From Bugula neritina (lineage: Eukaryota > Animalia > Bryozoa), in assembly GCA_964035545.1 (NCBI GenBank), contig OZ037766.1, forward strand, positions 4,020,722 through 4,084,721: a stretch of 64,000 nt of DNA. Direction: 5' to 3'. Each line of letters starts with the position of its first letter. The stretch's first letter is position 1. This document shows, piece by piece, positions 1 through 13,000 of the stretch. The notes under the pieces are model-generated. The model had not been told where the DNA came from. It did no database searches and was given only the letters and a program-made list of their open reading frames with translations. A program made the position numbers and the translations under genes.

Positions 1-2785
1 TTAAAAGTGTTTTCTGAAATCATCAATTATCATGTATAAATAATGCGGTTAGGCTCTTGTCAAATTAAAATAGGATTTCAATTAGCCATTTTTTGCTCGG
101 CTTTCACATCAGACTTTTAAAAAAAATTTTGAGTTGAAATTTTCTCAGCTATGCTTAGTAATTAAGCCTTATTTAATTACATAAAATTAATATTGCATTT
201 AGATTTACAACGCATTGTGAGCTACAAACTCAAGAAGGTGTCAATATACGTTCAGAATTCTTTCACGGACAGAATTATCTATTTGAGATTTAATGCTGAT
301 TGTTGAAAAATTGAATTAATACCATCTGGCGCCAAGAGAGTCTTGTTCTCTCATTTTAGTCGCTAATAGATTTGACTTGTGGGCGCGTAAACCATACAGT
401 GGTTGGATTATTCACCTTTAACACCTAGCCATTTTTCTTATCCCAACTGGTTACTGTGTTCAGATAAGAATGCAGTTATGTGGAATAGAAAATTATTTTG
501 CATAAATTATCCATTCCAAACAATGATTACATAAGATGCAAGAGCTTAGTAGAATAAATAAGGAATCTTGCGTGGTAAATCTAAGCGTTGTCAAGCATTT
601 TAATTAAGGTTTTTTGTTATGGAATATAATTATATAACATAGTAGGCCTTATTGGCATGAAGACCTGTGAATATTTTAGGTCGATTTTACACAGATTCTA
701 ATAAACTGTTTAATAAACAAAAACGTCAATGTGTAGTTCTTTACGTCCTCATTTGTCACAAGATCCGCTTTGTATTAATTGATTTATCTGTGAAATACTT
801 AGATAATTTCCTAGCAAGCAAACTAACCAAAGCTTGCAAATATTAACTAGAGTAGAGGAGATATAGTTCTTAGAAGTTATTAAACCAAAGTATTAGATTC
901 TAAATGAAGAATGTATACTCGCTTATTCACTTTTTTACTGTACATAAAATATGAAGCAGAATGCTACAATATGAAGCCTGAAAACATTGAATTAAAACTG
1001 AAACTCCATGGGTATAGCTCTAAATTGAAATATAATAAATCTGATATGTTATGCTATATTTCAAAACCGGAGCATTTCAAGAAAATACAACACTACGTTG
1101 TAGCACACAGTGTATTATTTTAATAGCAGTTTCAAACAAAATCAATCAGAATATCTTTGTGAAACTTGCCATAAACTGTAACAGCTTACCATGTCATTAT
1201 TGAATAAATTATATGATTTAAAATGATAAGTCTTAGACAATAGAGAATAAATTCATAAAGTAATTATAATATTTCATGACAGGAGCCAGTTACTCACTAC
1301 AAGACATGTTTAGCTGTTGCCAAAATATTTGATAAAAAATATAAAATAGCTAAATTTTATGTTAAGCTTGCATTTATGCATGGCATACAAAACGCATTGG
1401 CATGTATCATAATAAATGTAGAGGTAAGCAATATACTGACCATTTGTAGTTCAGAGAGCAAAAAAGTGTTATGGCTTGTATTTATGCTCATTTTTTGAAA
1501 AAAATTATGGTGGAGAATTTGTTTATATAACTGCATATATATTTTTTGAACAGTAGTCAATTTGTAAATATTTGCTTTTACACAAAAAGTATGTATTCAA
1601 ACTCAGATTTTTCAAATTTATATAATGTGTGTGAAATAAATTTGTATAGTATAAACGTTTACCTAATGCTGCTGCTATCATGATGAAGTAAATTGGAAAA
1701 TGGCTAATTAGTTAATATATAAAAATTATTATATATAAGATGATAGCATAGTTGCTTTGTTTTAAATAAACACATAAATTCATACTCATAAGACATACAA
1801 TTCCTATTCAGCTGATCATATATTTATTCATAACAATATTATTTTCTACATCTTTCTGACTATTTTAAAAAACAGCCTTCAAAAAAAATTTCTTTAATGA
1901 GGCAGGAGTTTAAAATTTCAAAATCTTTTGCTGCAGTGGAGATAAATAGAGGTTATTAAAATACTGAAGAATTCTGGTGGTAAAGAGGTGCAATTTATCT
2001 TCTCACCTGAGAGGTTAAAACACTAAATAATTCCTATTTGAGTTACAGAATGTCAGGAGTTGACCAGGCGATGGTTAAATATTCACCTCACAAACCCATA
2101 AATATTTATTGAGGTATGATTTCAACATGTGTGGCTCTCTTATTGATGTGTCAATTTATTTAAATTCTTTTATGAAGCTAAGATCTTGGCTTAATATTAT
2201 CTGTTGCCTAAAGCAGTTATATAATAGGTACGGCCTATAATTTCTTAAAAACCAAAACAGGAAAAACATTTTTTGCAAGTGGGCTAAACCTAAATAAGAA
2301 AAGGTGACCCAGTGCTAATAAAAAAATTCAATTTCTCTTACAACAAAAGCTGTTCTCAATATAAAAGACTAAGCTAGTTAACCTAGAAAGGTTTTTTTCA
2401 TGTGTACCCTTACAAAATAATTATATAAATATAATTTTAAGAACGGCTTTTATACAGCTTTAAAAATGTAACATTAATATAAAACCAGCATATTAATGAA
2501 CAGAGCTAATACTTTTTATATATAATAATTCAAAATGAAATACTAAATTTAACAAGCCGCATAGTTGAATTTTGCTCTGCAGTATAATGTTGTTTTGGAT
2601 GTTTTTCATTTTTTCTCGTACTTGTTGATAATTCAGCGCTAATTTCTTTTTTATAACTTATTCACGAGCAGCTTGCAGCGGTTTAATCAGATAATAACAA
2701 TCATATCTTCTAAAATTTCAAGCTTTGAAAGAAATTGAAACCAGATAAAATTTGCACTATGAGAGATATTTTATAGCCAACAAAC

Positions 2786-4800
2786 CTGCACTCTTGATTC
2801 TACCAGGTTGAGACGAGTGGCCAATGTCTCTCTACTAAATATATCTGGATAATGACACTCATGAAACGCTCTCTCTAACTCGTCCATCTGCCAGCTGGTA
2901 AAGTTTGTTCTTGATCTTCTTCTTTTCTCTCCATCAGAGTTAGAGTCACACTCATCTACCAGCAATATTGCCATTTTAGTGTTTTTGAGTAGCATGATAC
3001 TATTTACCGGCAAAACTTTTTCAAATAAATAAAAATAAAAATGCACTTGTCTGGAAATATTTCATCAGGGACTTTTAAACAGTACTATATAATAGATACA
3101 ATAAATTAAAATGGTTAGTTTGACTATTTTTAAATTTTTTTTCTATTAGATAAAAAGGCTGCAACTTCCACCCCTTTGATGGATGACATTATCACTGCAA
3201 GTGCTATTGCCATGAAACTTTGCATAAATTAATATTATGTAATGCATAATATAGGCTATCACGGTGTATTTTCTAATTATATATGAACTCAGTAAAATAC
3301 AGCCCAACTCTTGTCATTTTACTTATTCCCCCTAAGCAATATGCACACACTATTTATAGTAACGTGTCCTTGTGTCCTTGTTTTAAAACAAAGCAAAACA
3401 TCAGCACTGTAACCGTTTGCCATTATTATGTGTTGGCAAATGAAACGATGCAATCAATATAATTGCTTGAGTTGCAGCTAAACAATCTTATACCATTACA
3501 GAAATTGCTTAAAAACTTTATAAAAATGTAGGAGAAACTTTATTCTTGGTAACAAGAATAAAAACACTTAGCAACAATTGTAAACTTTTCTTGATGTTGC
3601 AATGTGCTGTGTATTATTATAAAACCTACTGAGTAGCTAATATTACTAAAATATTCAGTAGATTCTGTTTGGATTTCTCATTAGCCGAGATGCACTGAGT
3701 TTCAAATAAAAAGAAAGAATTATTTTTTGCTTTACACTAAGCTAAAAATATATCAACATTTTATTAAGCTGTTGAAATAAAGAGTGTAGATCTAACATTT
3801 GATGCATAATAGCTGAGAACTGGGAACTCAATAGTAATTAATTCAGCATTTTCTTTGGCCAAAGTCTTCATTGTTGCTCTATGTACAAACTCATATTGTG
3901 TTGCCAACTTTTTTTAAAAGGTGTTTTAAAAGGCCCCTTTTTTGTATTCCTATTTCACCAAGTTTTATTGATTTCGGACAAGCTGAGTCTGATACACTGG
4001 GTATATCAAGTTTCAGCTGTTCAACTTTAATATTAACAAGACAAACAATCTTTGTATCAACTTCGTGTAGCCAAATGGTATTATTTCAGCGCATAGTTTA
4101 ATTTAATTAACAAGGTTTGGCTTGCTAAATCAATTGGCACAAAATGCAGAAATTCTGTGAAAAATATTTATAAGTGTGTTTAGTAGAATAATTTGATATG
4201 TTATGATTGTTAAAGTTGCAAATTTATTCCTCCTGCCTATGCAGAATAAAATTGTAAGCTTACCAACTAGTGAGTTATATTCACCGCAATACGTGTGTAC
4301 AGGTGTTAGGATCAATGCTTCTAATAATTTCTAAGGTTTCTTTCATTACCCAAATTTTTTGATAATTTTATAAATAATTGGTTTTTAGCTACTCACGGAT
4401 GCTATAAGGTGTTTCATAAACAAACTTTCAAAGTTTTTAATCAACAGCCGATTATATAAAAATAACTATAGCAGCAGCATTTAATGGAATATAAAATTTG
4501 TGAGATGACGAAATGCTGACGGGTAACTCTGACATAATATTTGAGAAGCTTACCATGCGTGCTGTTGTCGGGTGAGAGTAGAGTGGAGATGCTAGTAGAA
4601 GTCTCTTTCATTGATAAGTTCTTCTGGTAGTGAGCTTCTTGGAGAGAGGATAGTGCAGATAGGTTACAGAGCATTGCGTTATAGGGGTTGAAAGGCACCC
4701 CTAGAGAGGGGTAAGCCTGAGTGAAAAAGGCTGCAGGGAAAGTTGGGATCATTATAGCGTCTCGTGGGGATGAAGACTCTGTTGTTACTGGGCTAAGCAT
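2786..4800 (-). CDS. unc-4: Unc-4/Uncx paired-like homeobox protein, partial. Coding exons 4800-4554 and 2955-2786; the exon with WFQNRR is not in the window
   Basis: Exon 2 encodes [47 protein letters not shown], typical of Unc-4/Uncx, and ends at the usual VQ|V homeodomain intron. Donor GT 4553-4552 and acceptor AG 2957-2956 join in phase 1 (G+AT = Asp). Confidence 0.85.
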
Positions 4801-7796
4801 AACATCCGACTACTAGCTACTCCAATATCTAAATAAAAAATCAAAATAAATATAAAAATTTGAATGAAAAAGATTACCTGAAATACTCAAAACTCTAGTG
4901 ATATTTTTGTTGAAATAAAAAAGTAATATTGAAAGGAACTCTGTTAGATTTTTACATCATGGGGTATGTTAATAAACAAAGATTTGTGCATCATGGCTGA
5001 TGCACCATTCATCAGGATATAATATGTTTACAAAAGAGCAATTTTAGTTAGCAAAGTTATAAAAAGATTTCACCGATTGCTGCCTTTAACTAGACCAGAA
5101 AGAAGGCAAATATTGATACGTTTTTAAATGTTTGTTTCAACTTCAACTGATGTTATAATTTCTACTCAGTAAGTTCTTCATTCAATTGCCTTCTTAGTTT
5201 GGATGCTGTTTCATAGTACAGTTAGATTCATCTATCTATTTATTTACACCAGTGCAATGGTACTGGTAAGGGTATGTAATTTTCTAATTAAGTTGATTAA
5301 ATAGCTTAAGCACTTGCTAAAGAAAAGAAGTATTACTTTTAAAGTAATAATAAACTTGAAAATAAAATTTTGCCATTTTTAACTGTAAAGAGTTTTCTAT
5401 TTGGACAGAAGAGAAATAAAATATTAATGCTGTATGCAAATACAAACAAAGCACCTTATAAAGCATCCATTTATTACATTCCTTGTTGTTTATTTAAAGC
5501 TGTAATTGCCTCTACGTAGTTAATGCTGATTTTCAATTACTAAGTTTGAACTGGTACAAGATCTAGCCAATTCAACTTTCAAACATATGACGCTTCCTTG
5601 TATATGTATTTTATTTTTCGCAGAATAGGCCAAACTAGAAAACATATTTTTATACATTTATCTAAAGGCTACAAGCGCATACATCTATGATCAATTCCAT
5701 CATTACTATCTACTCTAGTTATTTTATTTACTCTATTTATTCTGTCTATTTTATGTATTCTATACATGCTATCTATTCTTTTATGTATTCTATAATACAT
5801 GCTATTTATTCTATATATTTTCTCTTTTATATTCTATACTATATATTCTAACTATTCTGTCTATTATATTCTAGTCTATTCAGCATCTATTCTAGTGGTT
5901 GTCATAACCGTTTACTAGCTTTCAGTTTCATACTCCTAACTTCTATTTCAACTGTAAACTCTTTCGTTAGTTGTTTGAAAAAAAACAGAAACTGTTTGCA
6001 AGAAAATTTGGTAAATTAAAAGATTTATGCAGTTTTACGTAAATCTTTAACTCACAATTTACATATTTATTCAAATCTTCTTTCTATGTATTATGATTAT
6101 TTTACTTAACAATATGTTATTTGTTTACACAATATTCTCGTCAGTTTGGCTACTATTAAAATTCGATAAAAATACAATAAATTCTCCATATAAGTGTGAC
6201 AAATAGCTTTACCTTATTTCCTTCTCATGAAGATGTGAAATGTTATCCTTAGATACAAGTTGAGTCTAAAAATTGTTTGAAGATTAAACGATGCAACCTG
6301 TTAGAAGGTACGACTGATCAGTATGAGTAGAGATTGGTTACTGGTAGTGAAGTATTGAGAGCCACCAGTTGATATATGTGTCAGTAACCTCTCCATACAA
6401 GATAAATGTGTTTCTGATACTCTCTCCTATCAGAGAGCCGATATTATTGGTCGCTCGTTCTGCAGTGTATAATGTAATACTTGCCTTTAATTGATCCAAC
6501 GCTAGACTGATAGAGAGAACGCACCCATCAACATTACCGACATAATGCAGGTGGATGTTCAAAGACAAAAGAGCAATCAAATGAACGAGTATGTTTATCA
6601 ATAAAGAGTTAAATGATTTTTAAATAAATTCTTTCAGACACTGGAATAGTGAGTTTATAAAAACATTAGTTTTAGAAAAGTGCCTTTATATCTATTATTG
6701 TAGATTATTAGATTATTATTTATTTATTATTTTTATACCTGATAAAGCGTCAAGATGTAAACTAATCGTTAACTGCATACTTAAAGACCTCTTACTAATC
6801 CTTGAGTGACAGCCAAAACTGTAAATTCCTTGATACAAAGCTGGAAATATGCAAAAGCTAGCAAGATCGTGAAAATATTAAATTCAAAACTGTAATTATT
6901 CTGCTCCTTTATACTTAAAAAAACATTTGTTTACAAGCTGCTAGTAGCCTACTAACAGCAAAATATTCTGGTTGATCAAAATGTAAATTTCTTTAGTGTA
7001 GTAAGAATTTTAGAACATCATGTTTCTATGTTATTATTAGATTGGTGTATCAATATGCAAATTATGAATAAGCAAACATGGGATTTCACAGCATTTTCTA
7101 TATATACACCAGTTGATACATTGCTTTTGGGAAAAAAGTAAATTCTGACTAATTAACTGAGTTACCAAGTATTTCAATTATCAGTGCTAAATGAATATAT
7201 TCTCACTAAACCTACTATTTTGAAGGTGAATGCATGCATTGTGACTTGTCATTGGTAATGTTTTACTTGTTATGGACATCTAACTTATATTATGAGTGGA
7301 TCTAAAAACTATAGAATATTTATTTTGATACTGAGTGATAGTTGCTTAGCTTTGGCCGACCATGCCTGACTGGTGCTGACATAGTTTCAGCTACACAACT
7401 GACAAACCTGTTTCAGTACAAAAAATCAGTTTCTTCAATCATATTATTAAAATGCTTTGCTGCCAGTACTTTAACAATGTTTAATGTAGGATTGTTTACG
7501 GCTTTTATTTTACAAGGACTTCTATTTAGCTATAACTTATGGGTATGATCAACTTATTGATAAACACTTGCCAAAGAAAGTTTTGTTGTAATATTATTGA
7601 AGGTAAGCATAACTACTCACCTTTAATTTGTTTTACTTTGCTGGAGAAATTTACATTAGCTACTATCAAGCAGAAATACTCAAAATTAGACAATATTTCA
7701 GCATAAATACATATAATATTATAATACAAATATTATATGTATTTCACACACACGCGCACACACGCACGCATGCACGCATGCACTCACACACGCGCA

Positions 7797-7800
7797 TATA

Positions 7801-7881
<81 letters not shown>
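7797..7881. repeat. (TA)n microsatellite, preceded by a CA/CG-rich tract (about 7746-7796)
   Basis: Directly visible; explains the YIYI ORFs. Confidence 0.97.
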
Positions 7882-7885
<4 letters not shown>

Positions 7886-9635
7886 TCTCAGCTGCAGGTA
7901 TAGTCTCATTAAGTTAAGTAATTTGTACAGAGGTTAATTGGTGGGGTTTGACATGGTGGTGCATGTATCAGTTTTCATAACCCTTCAGTTCATCTGCAAG
8001 TACCTGCAAGTACCTGCCAGCACAACACAGTTGTTATTTCATAATAAAATAAAACTTTTAGTCCTAAACATAGAAAAGCTACAAGCTAATGTGAAATAAG
8101 TATATTATGTCAACATGCAGAAACTACACAAGCAACTGGGAACATCCAATCACATATATATATTATATTTTGTAAATTTTATAAGTTAAAGCTTTAGTTA
8201 GGGTTTAGTTCATGATAATGTAATTTCATTGTAACAACATTGAAATAAAAAAAAAATCTCAGTAAATAAAAGTAAAATGGATGTAAAATTGAAAATATTA
8301 AAATATGAATCATACCATAAAGCAATTCGAAAGCATGTTATGATTTAAAATTCAACCGCTAAGAAAGTTAAAAATTCAAATTTAAAGCAAAAAAATTTCC
8401 AATCAGATACAAAACCCTTTAAAGTTTAGACTCCCAACTAAAATATAACATCTCTGGGCAATAAATAGGTAGAAATGTACTAAAGTTACTTATATTAGAG
8501 ATTTATGGGCTAAATATAACACTGCGTTCCTTATTTGACCCATTAATGAATAAGGCTAACTTCTTTAACCTGTGTAATTATAGTTTATTGATATGTAATA
8601 ACAGATAAATTTAGAAGGACAACTCCGAGCAATGAGTTATTAAAAAGACAATACATGTTTGCATGCTTCATTGTATGAAAAATTGTCTTGTGATAAATAA
8701 TACATCTTTAAACTTCCAAAGTCTTATAACCCTTTAGCCTCCAAAAAAATGTACTGCTCTCATCTCTGTTGACAAGTAGGGTTACCTGTTGGAATAGTTG
8801 TGCCACCATAAAGCTCAGCCTAACTTTATAAGTCTACATTATATTTCACCAATCAGAATGCATCATAGAGTACTTGTAACTGGACACTATACGAGTGTCT
8901 TGTAATTAATTACTATTTACTAATTATCAGTGTACATATATTGGGTAATTTATAGAGCTAGGGTTACAAACCTGTACTCAGCTTGCTTTACAAGTGTATG
9001 TGGTCAGCAGTTAATTAAGGAAGTTATACTTCATTAGTAGGATTCACCTGTTCTGCAGATGTTATGACAAATTATGTAAGCTTTGGTTTTCTATTTCGAA
9101 GTTTGATTTGAGTTTTACATTGCTAAGGCTTGTTTGATTGATGGAATTATTAATAAAAACATACATGTAAGTACAACTCTAAAATAATACGTACTTCATT
9201 TCCATTGTTTGCTCGGTATGCAAATTGATAGCTTAACAATTGCAGGTAGAACAGAAAATTAACAGTGAAATTGCAGCCTAACAAATAACTGTTTTATATG
9301 TTTAATTTTCTTAGAGAAGGCAAATTGTCCAAAAATAATTAAGTTCCAAACATGGAGTGGATTTTATTTTGAATAACCTCTACATTCAGGCTCAGATTAT
9401 TATGTTTAGTTCTCTACAAATTATCTTTGTGTGATGAAAGTCTGCAGAGCTATAAGAACAAAATATTAGAGAATTTCAAGCACTTGATTTAACAGGACTT
9501 AGAACTGGCTGTGGCGGTTTTTTGTTGGCTTTTTTCAGCAAGCAATAAACATTAAGTTGTCACAAGATTTAGTAACCTGAGTGTACCCATTAAGTAGACA
9601 ACAATACTAATAAGTTTTGTATTTCTACAGTTGCT

Positions 9636-9832
9636 AGCAGTCATGCCTAGTGGTTAGAGAGCAGACCAAGTGTGGCAAAGGTCATAGGTGTGAGTCTAGG
9701 TCATTAGCAACCCTGTGCCTCAGTAAAAACCCCCAAACCATGTTGCCGGCATAATGAGAGACGCAGTCTGCAGCCTGCTTAAACCTCTTCCATCAGCAGT
9801 TTTCGCAGGGATGGAGACTTAAACAGGTGTGA
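9636..9832 (+). mobile_element. Degenerate tRNA-headed SINE sharing head and tail with the 33805-33993 SINE
   Basis: Head AGCAGTCATGCCTAGTGGTTAGAG (A-box-like) and tail CTTCCATCAGCAGTTTTCGCAGGGATGGAGAC resemble the other copies. Confidence 0.6.
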
Positions 9833-10065
9833 TATTACTTTATATAAACAGTTATTGTTACATTGTAACAAACATTATTACTATAAATATTATTACTATA
9901 AAAATGCCTTAAGAATGCTGTATATGACAAACATGCCGTAAAATATTTCAAACTACCTTGTATGTTATTGCAATGATTATTATCATAGTTGTTTAATATA
10001 TTTTTGCTATTAGGAATTGCGGGATATAATTACAGTCTAGTGGCTGACATATTTTATTTATAGTC

Positions 10066-13000
10066 ATGTCTAGTCTAAGGTACTCAGATATAGGATCGCT
10101 GAGAAGAAGGGGGTATACCCGACCTCACACTGGTAGGCCTATGCTGTAATTTTCATTTATATATTGCTTTATATTATATACTTATAGATGCTTATATTTG
10201 TATTAATAGTGTATAGTAATTAGCGTAGCACAATCTAGCATAGCATAGCACAGCTTAGCATGTTATGCTATGCTATGCTATATTGTGCTATGTTATGCTA
10301 TATTGTGTTATGCTTATAGCTGCTTCTACCATCTGTATATAACTTGAGCACTCAATACTTAAAGCAGTTCCACTGTTAGAATACTTGTACCTACAAATAG
10401 TTCCTAAATTGGTAAAATCTACTGGAAAATGACTCAATGACTCATACTGTTAGGATCAGCGATTGTGTTTACCGACACTATTTAAACAGTTATCGTATTA
10501 ACCTATTTTTGACCTCATGGTGGTGGTGAACTTTGCTGATGAGTAACTTTTGCTAAAGGCAAAAAATCACTTTTGAAAAAAATAATAATTATTATATATT
10601 TTTTAAATTTGGTCAGGAAATGCCAAGTTTAGGTAGCTTAGTGGAAATACTCAGGTGCCACTTGAATTGTATTGAGTTAGATTCTGTCTAGACTCTAGAA
10701 GTTTATTTGTGTAGCAATAGTATAAGCAAAGTAACCCGATGTAGTACATTATTATGTAACTTAGAATAACTGGAGGGTATAATGCTCCAAGCAGTGTGCT
10801 ATAAATATACATTTGCCTAGTAAGCACGATGTCATGGGTTCGCACCCCAGTAAAGGCCATTAGTGATGTTAGGAAAAGCATCCAGTCATAATTGCTCCTG
10901 TGCCACATATGAATAAGTCTTTAGCCCACTTTAAAAAACCCTTTTCCATCAGGGGTTCTCACAGGAATGGTGACTGTAAGCTTGAGTGAGTATATGCATG
11001 CAAAAACAAAACATAGAAATCAATCATGCAGTAGTACTGGCTTAAGTTCAGAAGGAGCTGGAGTTAAGCTATCATCACTAAGCTGTGTTCTCATAAATTT
11101 ATGACTCAGTTATGTATTTTATGACATGTCCACTGTTTTAGATGATAGTTTTTCACACCGCAGTTACCATAGAAACTACCAAGGTTTGCTGTCGGAGATG
11201 AAGCGTTACAGAAGTCAGTTGCGCCAAACACTGGCAAACAACGCTGACACATCTCACGTTAGTTTCCTACGCCAGGAGTGGCTCACTTAAATATTTACGA
11301 TAATACTAATATTACAACACTTCAATATATAGAGATGTTCAGCGGGATAATATTTGTTACTAATTTGTATTTGTTGCTGTTTGCTATTTGCTGTTTGTTA
11401 TTTGCTACTTTTGTTTGCTATTTGCTGTTTACTGTTTGCCATTTGCCAATTAATACTATTGGTAGTTATTTATTGATATGTTTCAGCTAAAAGGACAGCT
11501 CAGTGAAGCGTGCAACAAACTCCAATCACACAAACAGGTGAGTCAATTTAGTTAACAGTATGCATCAGATCTGGAGAACTATACAGTTTATTTTTACTTT
11601 CACATGTAAATCATAATATATAAATCATTTGTATATGAAAGATACTCATATTTCAACACTTGTTTCTTTAAAATTATTTGGTTTTAGTCAAAGGCACAGT
11701 TGTTTAATTGACATGGTTCGCGGCCTGTGCTTCAAATTGAAACAACAAGTTGACAAATTTGGTTTTTGAATTATGCAAAATACATTGTGTCAAAGCATTA
11801 ATAACAAAACTATCTTACGTGAAGTAATGAAATACAACATTTCAAAGCAAATAAATTTGATTGAACTTGTAACTGGTAATCAATAATCCTACTAATAGTA
11901 TATACTTGGCATTAAGTTTAAGCTTGACTTATGAGTGAGTCAACAGTGTTTAAATATATTTTTTATTAATATTAAGATCTTCAATAAATTTATGAAAAAG
12001 TAGTGAAACATGCTATAACATGTTCATCATTATCTATTTATATAAAGGCTTTTCCAAAAACATTATTGGTCATAAAACAGCAAAATTGATTAATTCTTGA
12101 AAATATTACAGTAGCTTTTGAATCAGAGTATATTTAAGCTTATTTTATGGTAAGCAGTATATATAATAAAGTCAATTTTTTACTGACTATTGTCTAAATA
12201 TTATCGAAAATGTAATATGCTTTATTGCAAATATACAGCAAAGACACTTCTGGTTACCCACTTAGAGTACAAGATATTTTTTAATTAATTGAGGTTTATG
12301 TTTTCATTAGCCAAGTGGTGATTTATTACAGGATTATTAGAAAAACATCCACAATTAAAATAAATTATATACCTGACTTTAGGTTCATGATGTTGTTCTT
12401 AATGATGAAGTAAACATTAATTTAAAACTGGTTGGGTTTTGGCTTGAATCACTCATAAACAGTTCTGCAGAGTGCTAAGTGCAAATTTTACATTTAAATT
12501 CATATTCTAATACTGCTAAATGCTAATATACTATTAAATAGCCATTTCTATTGCTAAGATAAATTGGAAGGAATAATTGTGTATTAGAGTTTGAGGTTCG
12601 AAATCGATTACTTATGCTGCTATATTAAGAATAAGCACTAGTTGTCCTTAAAATTAATAACCACTCTCATTTTCAACTATTGTTATTATATAATAATTAG
12701 TAAAAAACACAACATTTTTTGCTGAATACAAGCACACAGCTTTAGTATTTAAGTAGTTTTTTGCATAATAGATAAGATTATGCTTAGAAATGTAGCCAAG
12801 GGTAATCATTTTAATCTCACCAACTATACATTTCATCCTAATTATTATAATTATGCCATTACAAAAATAGTTTTTTGCATAAAATCTTACATTTTTATTA
12901 ATCTCACTAAATTAAATTACTTTTTATTCAAAGCTTAAATATTACGAAAATTGATTAAAAATCAGAATATCACCAGTAGAAAATATGGACATTGGTATGG

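Noticed and set aside
2735-2746. Minus-strand IWFQ as the missing homeodomain exon
   Set aside because: Followed by F rather than NRR, has no acceptor, and is too close to the donor.
7628-7937. YIYIYI ORFs
   Set aside because: Translation of a (TA)n microsatellite.
9636-9710. tRNA gene
   Set aside because: Degenerate B-box and no full cloverleaf; it continues into SINE-like sequence.
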